Assembly (NCBI GenBank): GCA_947303895.1
Contig: CAMYZQ010000001.1
Coordinates: forward strand, 5,779 to 69,778
Direction: 5' to 3'
From: an uncultured Bacillota bacterium
GTDB lineage: Bacteria > Bacillota_I > Bacilli_A > RF39 > UBA660
DNA length: 64,000 bases
The translations under genes and the position numbers were made by a program. Positions 56,025 through 64,000 of the stretch are shown piece by piece. The notes under the pieces were generated by a model that did no database searches, was not told where the DNA came from, and saw only the letters and a list, made by a program, of their open reading frames with translations. Numbering within the stretch: position 1 is the first letter of the stretch; each line of letters starts with the position of its first letter.

Positions 56025-56672
56025 ATGTCGAAACTTGATCTATCTGCTGTAGAATTAAATTCTTTGGAAAATAAGATATGTTCTTTGCTAAGAAAAATAG
56101 ATAGACCTGGTGCTGATATTGAAGGCTTAATAAAAAAGCTTAAAGATGCAGATTATTTTACAGCACCAGCAAGTACAAAATTTCATAATTGTTTTATAGG
56201 TGGTTTAGCAGACCATTCACTTAATGTATATTATAATCTTAAAAGGTTAGTTGAAAATAAGCATCTTGAAGATGTAATACCTGAAGAGAGTATAATTATT
56301 TGTGGACTCTTACACGATATGTCAAAAATTAATTATTATGAAAAAGGTGTAAGAAATAAAAAGGTGTATTCAGAATCAGGTAGTAAATGGGACGAACTTG
56401 GAAGGTATGATTGGGTAAGTGAAGAAACTTGGAATGTTATACCAGATAATAAAAGGTTTATTTATGGTAATCATGAAGAGACTGCTGAATTTATGGTGAG
56501 ACAATTTATACCACTTAAAGTAGCTGAGTCTGCTGCTATTCTTAACCATCATGCTGGTAAAGGTTATGATTCTACTGGTATTAATATAAGTAGTATATTC
56601 CATAGATACCCATTAGCTAATTTACTTCACGTAGCAGATATGATTGCTACTTTTACTGATGAAACAGATTAA
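56025..56672 (+). CDS. HD-domain hydrolase with HD-GYP-like motifs (candidate nucleotide or cyclic-nucleotide phosphodiesterase)
   Basis: H..N (first His), LLHDMSKI (HDxxK), NHHAGKGYDS (resembles the HD-GYP HHE.xDGxGYP), D at VADM. Confidence 0.55.
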   Translation: MSKLDLSAVELNSLENKICSLLRKIDRPGADIEGLIKKLKDADYFTAPASTKFHNCFIGGLADHSLNVYYNLKRLVENKHLEDVIPEESIIICGLLHDMSKINYYEKGVRNKKVYSESGSKWDELGRYDWVSEETWNVIPDNKRFIYGNHEETAEFMVRQFIPLKVAESAAILNHHAGKGYDSTGINISSIFHRYPLANLLHVADMIATFTDETD

Positions 56673-57012
56673 TAAATTTACATTAAGAGAATTAGAAAAA
56701 GTACAACATTTATTACCTAATAATTGGAGAGAAACTACACACTTTACTGTTGGTTGTGTTGATAATATACCTAAAAGTAGTATAAATGTTGGTGATAAAT
56801 TTACTATAAAAATTGAAAATTATATAATAAATCAACCTGAAAATTTTTCTTTATCTGAAAATTGGAATCATGGTACAGTGCCGCCCGAAGAAATACTTGA
56901 TATAGAAATATTACAGCTTATGGGAAAAATGACAAAAGTTAAAGCTGTAGGTAAATGTACAAGAATAGCTTGGGAAGGGTGGCTACCAAATAAAAGTTTT
57001 AAAATTCAATAG
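56644..57012 (+). CDS. hypothetical protein; the likely true start is the ATG at 56659
   Basis: ORF overlapping the end of the HD gene. Confidence 0.35.
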   Translation: MLLLLMKQINKFTLRELEKVQHLLPNNWRETTHFTVGCVDNIPKSSINVGDKFTIKIENYIINQPENFSLSENWNHGTVPPEEILDIEILQLMGKMTKVKAVGKCTRIAWEGWLPNKSFKIQ

Positions 57013-57020
57013 GTAGTTAT

Positions 57021-58052
57021 ATGGAATCTTTATATACAAAATATAGACCAAATAAATTTGAAGAAGTTATAGGGCAAGAGTCTGTAGTTAGAATACTGAA
57101 ACAACAATTAGAAACTAATAGCATTTTTAATTGTATGATATTTTCAGGTGTTAGCGGTACAGGTAAAACTACACTGGCTAGAATATTTGCAAATGAATTA
57201 AATGAGCATTTAGGGTTACCAATAGAAATAGATGCAGCATCAAATAATGGTGTAGATAATGTAAAGCAAATTGTAGCTTCAGCATCTGAAAGATCTATAC
57301 ATAGTAATTATAAAGTTTATATTATAGACGAAGCTCATATGCTGTCGACACAGGCATGGAACGCATTTCTTAAAACAATAGAAGAGCCTCCAAAATATAC
57401 TATATTTATTTTTTGTACAACTGATCCGCATAAAATACCAGAAACGATACAAAATCGTTGTATGAGATTTAATTTTACTAGAGTGCCTTCTCAGCTAATT
57501 GAAGCAAAATTAGATTATATTTGTAAAGCTGAATGTGCAAATGGTATTAATATAAATAATTGGAGAGAGTCTATAAATTATATTAGTAGAATATGCGATG
57601 GTGAGGTACGAAAAGCTATAAGTATGCTTGAAACCTGTATTTCCTATGATAAAAATATGTCAATGGAAAAAACACTTATAGCATTGGGTAATTTATCATA
57701 TGATAGTTATTTTAATTTGATTAATAGTATTATAGATGGTAACATAAATCAAGTGCAACTCATCATAGAAAAATTATATAATTCTGGTGCTAATCTTAAA
57801 AAATTTGTAGATCTGTTTACAGAGTTTTGTCTTGATATACTAAAATATATTTTATCAGGTGATATTCAAGTTACAAAATTACCAGCACATTTAGAAGAAA
57901 ATGTTAAACAAGCTATAGGGTTTAATAATCCAGATAAGTATTATTTATATTTTGTAGATAAGTTGTTAGAGCTTAAAAATATGATTAAAGTAGATAATAA
58001 TGAGAAAGTTACTATTGAAATTGTATTTGCTCAAATGTGTAGATTTATATGA
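57021..58052 (+). CDS. clamp loader ATPase, DnaX (gamma/tau)-like
   Basis: KYRPNKFEEVIGQE, Walker A GVSGTGKTT, DEAHML (Walker B), SRC-like TIQNRC, as in DnaX/RFC AAA+ proteins. Confidence 0.8.
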   Translation: MESLYTKYRPNKFEEVIGQESVVRILKQQLETNSIFNCMIFSGVSGTGKTTLARIFANELNEHLGLPIEIDAASNNGVDNVKQIVASASERSIHSNYKVYIIDEAHMLSTQAWNAFLKTIEEPPKYTIFIFCTTDPHKIPETIQNRCMRFNFTRVPSQLIEAKLDYICKAECANGININNWRESINYISRICDGEVRKAISMLETCISYDKNMSMEKTLIALGNLSYDSYFNLINSIIDGNINQVQLIIEKLYNSGANLKKFVDLFTEFCLDILKYILSGDIQVTKLPAHLEENVKQAIGFNNPDKYYLYFVDKLLELKNMIKVDNNEKVTIEIVFAQMCRFI

Positions 58053-58870
58053 ATATAATTGGACAAACAAACATAATAGAAAATATAGATAAAATTACCT
58101 CTATAGATAAATTACCAAAATCTATAATTATATCAGGTAATTTTGGTAGTGGCAGACATACTATATATAATTATATATGTGATAAGTTTAAATTAGAAAA
58201 GACAATTATTGATTATGAATTAAACTCAGACATATTAAATGAAATGTATAATCTGTCATTACCAAAAATGTATTTGATAGATTTAGATGCTTTAAGTGAA
58301 AATAAGAGGTTGGAAAGATTTCAAAACACACTTTTGAAATTTATAGAAGAACCACCTGAGTATGCTTGGATAACAATTATTATTTATAATTTTAATATTT
58401 TGTTAGAAACTATAGCAAATAGATGCAGAATATTTTCTATGCAACCTTATTCTATAGAAGAACTATGTGATATTTCTAATGCATATAATAAATCTTGGTC
58501 AAAAGAAGAATTAACTTTATTAAACACACCTTATAATATTATTAATGTAGAACAAGATACATTAATAAAAATAAGAACTTTAGCTAAAAATATTGTTGAT
58601 AATATGCATAAAGCAAATATTTCTAATGCTTTATCAATTCGTAATAAATTATCAACAGACATTGATATACAATTATTTATAAATATTTTTATAGAATTGC
58701 TTTATAAATATTATATTACTAGTTATGATAATAAATATTATAAGGCATTAATACTAACTAAAAACTTGTGTAATAATTTGTATGTATTAAATGTAAATAA
58801 AACATATTTAATTGATAATTATCTATTAGAATTGAAACAAATATTAGATGATAGAATTAGCAACATTTAA
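58049..58870 (+). CDS. clamp loader accessory subunit (delta-prime-like, degenerate AAA+)
   Basis: IISGNFGSGRHT (degenerate P-loop), FIEEPPEYAWITII..ETIANRC parallel to the DnaX sensor region; adjacent to the DnaX-like gene. Confidence 0.45.
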   Translation: MNIIGQTNIIENIDKITSIDKLPKSIIISGNFGSGRHTIYNYICDKFKLEKTIIDYELNSDILNEMYNLSLPKMYLIDLDALSENKRLERFQNTLLKFIEEPPEYAWITIIIYNFNILLETIANRCRIFSMQPYSIEELCDISNAYNKSWSKEELTLLNTPYNIINVEQDTLIKIRTLAKNIVDNMHKANISNALSIRNKLSTDIDIQLFINIFIELLYKYYITSYDNKYYKALILTKNLCNNLYVLNVNKTYLIDNYLLELKQILDDRISNI

Positions 58871-59717
58871 AAATGAAATAGAAAATAATACACTATTGTT
58901 TGATGATAATCTATTTATATTTATTGGAAAAGATTTATCATCAGAATTTATATTTGATCAATATGCCCATATATTTATAAACAATAATTTTATTGAGTTA
59001 AATTTAGTAGATGGTTTATATGATAATATGGGGTTTTTTGATATTGATAATTCTAGTTTAGATGTGTTTAAAACTGACAAACTTGAATATATACCAAAAA
59101 CATTTAAAGGTTGGATATATTGTAAAAGCGTATCCAAAGATATTAGGGATAATTTTGATAAATCAATAATAGAATTACCAAAATTAGAGAAATGGCAAAT
59201 AGTAGATTATATATCATCTAAATGCCATATAACTATAGAGCAAGCTGAAAAACTATATGATGAATATGATAATATTTATAAATTAGATATAGAATCAAAT
59301 AAATTAAAAATATTTGATGATAATTATTTTGATATATTGTCAAATCAATTATTGTCTAAAGATGAATATGAAATTTTTGATATAACTAATGCACTTTTAC
59401 AGAGAGATAAAAATAAATTAAAATTAATTTATCAAAAAGACATTAAAGTAGATGCCTTTGCATTTATGGCATTGTTAATTAAAAATTTTAAACAGGTAAT
59501 AGATATACAACTTGCTCGAAATGCTTCTGCAGAAACACTCAGTATGAGTGGTAAGCAGTTTTGGGCTATACAAAAATATAATTGTAATAGATATTCAAGA
59601 GAAGAATTAATTTATATTTATAAATTATTAACATCGCTTGATTTACAAATAAAATCAGGTAAAATAAATACTGATATTATACAGAATTATATTGTGTTTA
59701 AAATACTAGCATTATAG
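58848..59717 (+). CDS. hypothetical protein, possible third clamp-loader subunit (delta-like), by position only
   Basis: A 289-aa ORF following the two clamp-loader genes. Confidence 0.25.
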   Translation: MIELATFKNEIENNTLLFDDNLFIFIGKDLSSEFIFDQYAHIFINNNFIELNLVDGLYDNMGFFDIDNSSLDVFKTDKLEYIPKTFKGWIYCKSVSKDIRDNFDKSIIELPKLEKWQIVDYISSKCHITIEQAEKLYDEYDNIYKLDIESNKLKIFDDNYFDILSNQLLSKDEYEIFDITNALLQRDKNKLKLIYQKDIKVDAFAFMALLIKNFKQVIDIQLARNASAETLSMSGKQFWAIQKYNCNRYSREELIYIYKLLTSLDLQIKSGKINTDIIQNYIVFKILAL

Positions 59718-59725
59718 GAGATATT

Positions 59726-60133
59726 ATGAGAACAACACAAATATTTACAGGTAAAAAATTTATTGATGTACAAGAGGGTTCATCATTTAGAATTGATGGA
59801 GTTTGGAATTTTGATATTGGAGCTACAGTTACTTTTAATGTAAAATCAGGCATAGATGTTGAGACTGTAGTTAGAATGAAGGACGGAACAGGTACTGAAT
59901 TTTTGGTAACACATATAAAAGCTGATGATGAATATGCAACTATGGAAGTGGAAGCTGAAGATGTAGCTGTTGAAGTATCTGAGTATTCAGAACTGCCTAA
60001 ATTTACTAAAACAAAATTTACTAAAAAAGAACTTGTTGATTTTATCAATGACAATAATATTGATATTGATATTAAGTCAAATATGAGTAAAGCAGATATT
60101 GTTAGTAGCCTTAAAGAGTTGGGTGTGATGTAA
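59726..60133 (+). CDS. hypothetical protein with a C-terminal SAP/HeH-like motif
   Basis: C-terminal KKELVDFINDNNIDIDIKSNMSKADIVSSLKELG; SD AGGAGAT upstream. Confidence 0.35.
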   Translation: MRTTQIFTGKKFIDVQEGSSFRIDGVWNFDIGATVTFNVKSGIDVETVVRMKDGTGTEFLVTHIKADDEYATMEVEAEDVAVEVSEYSELPKFTKTKFTKKELVDFINDNNIDIDIKSNMSKADIVSSLKELGVM

Positions 60134-60137
60134 TTAT

Positions 60138-61133
60138 ATGAAAATAGGCATTGTTGGAGATATACATTTTAGTGAATATTCTTCTATATTAAGAACAAGG
60201 GGTATTAAATATTCTACAAGGTTAGAAAACTGCATACAGTCAATTAACTGGGCAGAAACTATAACGGGTAATTGTGAGCAGGTAGTATATATTGGAGATT
60301 TCTTTGATAAACCAACTTTAAATGCTTCAGAAATTACTGCATTTTCTGAAATTAAATGGAATAACAAACCACATAAATTTTTAGTTGGTAATCATGAAAT
60401 GGGAATAAACAATTTAATATTTAGTTCAGCACACATTTTTAATAGTGGTATTAATACAGTAATAGATAAACCACAAACTGAAATTGTTGATAATGTTGAA
60501 TTGAGTTATTTACCATATATTCTTGAAATAGACAGAAAAGCCTCTATTAAGGATTATTTCCAAGTACAGCAGTCTTCAAGGCGAATTATATTTTCTCACA
60601 ATGATATATCTGGTGTACAGCTCGGTAAATTTATATCTAAAGATGGATTTTTAATTAATGATATAGAATCAAACTGTGATTTATTTATTAATGGTCATTT
60701 ACATAATGGTTCTAAACTTACAGATAAAATAATAAATGTAGGTAATCTTACTGGGCAAAATTTCTCAGAGAATGCTTTTTTATATGATCATGTAATTCTG
60801 ATACTTGATACAGATACTTTAAAATGTGAAGTTTATTCCAATCCTTATGCAATAAATTTTTACAAGTTGTCTGATATTTCTGATATTGATAAAGTTAAAA
60901 ATGCTGTAATAACTATAGCCACAACAGAAGATAAACTAAGTTATGTAAAGCAACTAATATCGGAAAATGAAAACATTTTAGCATCAAGAGTTATTGTAGA
61001 GTATAGTAAAAATAATAATGTTATAACTGAGACATTATCAATGGATCATATAAATGAGTTTAGAAAATTTGTTTTAAATGAGATTGGTAGTTCAGACTTA
61101 GTTCTAGAGGAATTAGATATTATAAATGGCTAA
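60138..61133 (+). CDS. sbcD: SbcD/Mre11-family nuclease
   Basis: Calcineurin-like phosphoesterase motifs GDIHF (I), GDFFD (II), GNHE (III), GHLHNG (V). Confidence 0.8.
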   Translation: MKIGIVGDIHFSEYSSILRTRGIKYSTRLENCIQSINWAETITGNCEQVVYIGDFFDKPTLNASEITAFSEIKWNNKPHKFLVGNHEMGINNLIFSSAHIFNSGINTVIDKPQTEIVDNVELSYLPYILEIDRKASIKDYFQVQQSSRRIIFSHNDISGVQLGKFISKDGFLINDIESNCDLFINGHLHNGSKLTDKIINVGNLTGQNFSENAFLYDHVILILDTDTLKCEVYSNPYAINFYKLSDISDIDKVKNAVITIATTEDKLSYVKQLISENENILASRVIVEYSKNNNVITETLSMDHINEFRKFVLNEIGSSDLVLEELDIING

Positions 61134-62979
61134 TATTTATTTTAAAAAATTATCACTTTCTAATTTTATGTCTTATGAAAAGGCGGAAGTATGCTTAAAT
61201 AAGCAAGGTAATATTCTAGTTGGTGGTATCAATAATAACCCAGATGATAATGCAAAATCAAATGGGTGTGGCAAGAGTAGTTTATTTTCTGCTTTATCTT
61301 GGTGTATAACTGGAGAAACAGTTAGTGGTGCTAAAGATGTGGCTAATATTTATATTAATGGTAAAACTGAAGTATCAGTCTCTTTTGATATAGATAATGT
61401 AAATTATGAAATAACACGAACTAAGAACCCGAGTAACTTATTCATATATATTAATGGAGAGAATAAGTCAGGTAAGGGAATTAGAGATACAGAAAAACTA
61501 CTAGTTGAGTATATACCACAACTCTCTTCTTCATTGTTGAATTCTGTAATTATTCTTGGTCAGGGGTTACCACAAAGATTTACTAATAATACACCAGCCG
61601 GCAGAAAAGAGGTTCTTGAGAAACTTTCTAATTCTGATTTCATGATTATGGATTTAAAAGAAAGATTGTCCACTAGAAAATCAGAATTATCAGCGCAACA
61701 ACGAACTCTGCAAGATGATAATTTATCATTAGAAACATCTATAAAAATTAATAATGACAGTGTTGATAAATTTAAATCAGAATTAACTTCTATTGACAAT
61801 AAAGATACACTGATTAAATTAAGAGATGATTTAGAATTAGAGCTTGAAGATTTAAATCTCAAATTAGATGAATATAAAGAATTTGATATTTCTTTACATG
61901 ACCTTTTAAATGAAAAACAGACAGAATTAAAGGATTTATCATTAGAATATGATACAAGTTTAAATAATGTAGAGCAAATAGATACTACTCTTAAAGAAAA
62001 AGAGCTAGTTGATATAAAAAGTGATTTTAAATCATTAAAAAATAAAATTAATGAATTAGAAAATATTGTAGATATTTGCCCTACTTGTGGACAAAAGTTA
62101 CCTAATGTATCAAAAATAGATACTACAAGTCTACATTTAGAATTAAATGAAAAATCAGCTACTATATCACAGCTTGAACAAGAAATTGCTGATATACAGC
62201 TTATAAATTCTAATAACATTAAAGAGTGTAAGGCTAAATTTGAAAATAAATTATCGGATTTACGACTAGATATAGACACAATTTCAGAGGATATTTCTTC
62301 TAATAGTGATAAACTATCACAGATTAATAGTAATATATCAAATGTTGATAAAAAACTTATTAATGTTACTAATCAAATTGATAATTTAGAAGAAAATATA
62401 AAATATAGACAATCAAAAATACAAGAATTGACTATATTAAATGAAAAACTATCTGATAAAGTGTATAATAACAATGAACAATTAGCTATAATTAACGATC
62501 GTATAAATATAAATTCTAAAATGCAAACACTTGTAAAGCGTGATTTTAGAGGATATTTATTAAATAATGTAATAACATTTATTGAAAAGAGAGCTAAAAT
62601 ATATTCAAGTGAAGTGTTTGGTACAGATAAACTTACATTTGAATTAGCTAATAATAATATAGATATTTCATATGATGGGAAAGATTATAGCGTACTAAGT
62701 GGTGGAGAAAAACAAAAATTAGATATAATTGTTCAATTTGCCATTAGAGATATGCTTTGTACATTTTTAAATTTTTCTTCGAATATTCTTGTACTTGATG
62801 AAATTACTGATTCTTTAGATAGTGTTGGTGTAAGTAAAGTATTTGAATTAATTAACAATTATTTAAATGATGTAGAAGCAGTGTATATTATTTCTCACCA
62901 CACAGATGAATTAGAAATACCCGCAGATGATGAAATAATTATCATAAAGGGAGATGATAAACTTAGTAGGATAGTTTAA
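61126..62979 (+). CDS. sbcC: SbcC/Rad50-family SMC-like ATPase
   Basis: N-terminal Walker A NGCGKSSL; a long coiled coil with a CPTCGQKL zinc hook; C-terminal signature LSGGEKQKLD and Walker B LVLDEITDSLD. Confidence 0.8.
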   Translation: MANIYFKKLSLSNFMSYEKAEVCLNKQGNILVGGINNNPDDNAKSNGCGKSSLFSALSWCITGETVSGAKDVANIYINGKTEVSVSFDIDNVNYEITRTKNPSNLFIYINGENKSGKGIRDTEKLLVEYIPQLSSSLLNSVIILGQGLPQRFTNNTPAGRKEVLEKLSNSDFMIMDLKERLSTRKSELSAQQRTLQDDNLSLETSIKINNDSVDKFKSELTSIDNKDTLIKLRDDLELELEDLNLKLDEYKEFDISLHDLLNEKQTELKDLSLEYDTSLNNVEQIDTTLKEKELVDIKSDFKSLKNKINELENIVDICPTCGQKLPNVSKIDTTSLHLELNEKSATISQLEQEIADIQLINSNNIKECKAKFENKLSDLRLDIDTISEDISSNSDKLSQINSNISNVDKKLINVTNQIDNLEENIKYRQSKIQELTILNEKLSDKVYNNNEQLAIINDRININSKMQTLVKRDFRGYLLNNVITFIEKRAKIYSSEVFGTDKLTFELANNNIDISYDGKDYSVLSGGEKQKLDIIVQFAIRDMLCTFLNFSSNILVLDEITDSLDSVGVSKVFELINNYLNDVEAVYIISHHTDELEIPADDEIIIIKGDDKLSRIV

Positions 62980-63830
62980 TGTTATTTTCAAAGCCAAACA
63001 TAAAATACACTGATATGTGTATATATGTAGATGATATAGTTAATAAAGATGAGCCAACTGAGCAAGAGCTGAATAAATGCTTTGAGTATATATACCATAT
63101 AGGATTTATGTTAGCTCACAAGCATAAATACTTCAATAAAAGCTATTATTATGAAGAATTTGCCATATTTTTAGCTACAGAAGTAATGTATAGGTTATTT
63201 TTTAACCCGAAATTAAATGAAGTAGATGAAAATGGTGAGCCATATTTAACTAGAATAAAGAGTGTTTTAAATTATATGAAAGCCGTTATATACGGCAGAA
63301 AAGTAGAATTTGAACAGCAAAATTATTCACAGCAATTATCAAAACACTCTGAGGAGAGTAATTTTTCATATGCGTATAATGAAGATTTATATAAATCATT
63401 AAAAGAGACAGATGTTACTCTTTATTTAAATAGTTTATCAACAACAGTTAAACATTTAGTGTACACAAATAATTTTTATAAGAATGATAAACTATTAATG
63501 AAAAATATTTATATAAGTTGCTTATTAACAGTACTAAATGGTCTCACATTTACAAAACAAGACACAGATAAACTACACAATACATATTCTTCAGTTGATT
63601 CTAAATATAGACTATTAGGTAGATTATACTCTAAAAATAGAGAAGAAGCATTAATACTATATCATTTAGATGATGAATTTAAAGACTATATTAAAATTCT
63701 ATCAAATAAAGTATATAAACAAATAAAAGATGATTTGTCAGAATTGTCTAGTCAAGGCTTTGCATTATCTGATGATGTTATTACTAATATGCTTTTCTTG
63801 GAGATAAGTGGAGAAGATTATAACGAATGA
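62979..63830 (+). CDS. hypothetical protein (283 aa); weak sigma region-2-like segment
   Basis: ORF; YHIGFMLAHKHKYFNKSYYYEEFAIFLATEVMYRL loosely fits sigma region 2.1-2.2 (G..gLmkAvekFd..kg.kFsTYA.wwIr.aI.R). Confidence 0.3.
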   Translation: MLFSKPNIKYTDMCIYVDDIVNKDEPTEQELNKCFEYIYHIGFMLAHKHKYFNKSYYYEEFAIFLATEVMYRLFFNPKLNEVDENGEPYLTRIKSVLNYMKAVIYGRKVEFEQQNYSQQLSKHSEESNFSYAYNEDLYKSLKETDVTLYLNSLSTTVKHLVYTNNFYKNDKLLMKNIYISCLLTVLNGLTFTKQDTDKLHNTYSSVDSKYRLLGRLYSKNREEALILYHLDDEFKDYIKILSNKVYKQIKDDLSELSSQGFALSDDVITNMLFLEISGEDYNE

Positions 63831-64000
63831 GTAATACACTTAGAAAAGAATTAGATAACTTAAAGATGACAGATACATTTTCTCTTATACTATTTGTTCT
63901 ATATAAGATAAGAGATGTAAAGGAGTATTCTACTTTAAGTGAACTTGCATATATACTTGATAAAGATACTTTATTAAATCTTTGTGAGTATTTTGGGGGA
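63828..64000 (+). CDS. hypothetical protein, 5' part only (it runs off the window)
   Basis: The ATG at 63828 overlaps the previous stop (aATGAgt); the frame is open to the window end. Confidence 0.35.

Noticed and set aside
1-64000. Lysogeny module, IS/transposase or CRISPR array
   Set aside because: No integrase, recombinase, repressor/Cro pair, transposase motifs, terminal inverted repeats or repeat-spacer arrays were seen. The window is contiguous phage structural and replication genes.

Overview
This window reads as a 64-kb stretch of a large, AT-rich (roughly 27-30% GC) phage genome, most likely a virulent contractile-tailed myovirus of a low-GC Gram-positive or Fusobacterium-like host. 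That host guess rests on codon usage (AGA Arg, TTA Leu), the Flg_new repeats, a BspA-type leucine-rich-repeat (LRR) protein and the peptidoglycan hydrolase domains. About 70 genes are tightly packed and all lie on the + strand. Every ORF of 60 aa or more that the six-frame track puts on the - strand sits inside a + strand gene and looks spurious. No integrase, repressor, tRNA, CRISPR array, IS element, terminase, portal, major capsid protein or endolysin/holin pair was recognised.

Layout:
- 1-36.6 kb is a late structural module: neck or head-accessory proteins, a tail sheath, a tail tube, a chaperone with an overlapping shifted-frame ORF, a tape measure protein (TMP), then a long baseplate block. 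The baseplate block holds a LysM protein, an LRR protein, three tandem paralogous lysin/hub-like proteins, a gpV-like spike, a Flg_new-repeat protein, a gp25/W homologue, a 2224-aa gpJ-like giant and a gpI-like protein.
- A strong rho-independent terminator at 36640-36678 separates this from the second module.
- 36.7-64 kb is a replication, recombination and nucleotide-metabolism module. It carries an SNF2 helicase, DnaD/DnaC/DnaB/DnaG-like initiation proteins, a gp32-like SSB, a family A DNA polymerase, a bacterial-type clamp loader with a candidate beta clamp, a RecA/UvsX recombinase, two Hjc-like nucleases and SbcCD. Mixed in are two HD-domain hydrolases, a dUTPase, a TagD-like cytidylyltransferase and two GT-A-fold glycosyltransferase-like paralogs.

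Candidates I would look at first:
- The three tandem tail proteins, which share one C-terminal domain but each carry a different N-terminal cell-wall hydrolase module. A heterotrimeric hub is possible.
- The nucleotidyltransferase + glycosyltransferase + HD/dUTPase cluster, which suggests DNA sugar or glycerol-phosphate hypermodification.
- A +1 (not -1) frame overlap in the tail chaperone.
- An 85-codon stop-free stretch upstream of the gene annotated at 40826 with no start codon, showing sigma region-2-like motifs.
- An HD protein with HD-GYP-like motifs.
- A small, GC-richer gene with a strong promoter and SD.

All functional calls are motif-based readings of the translations. No database search was run.
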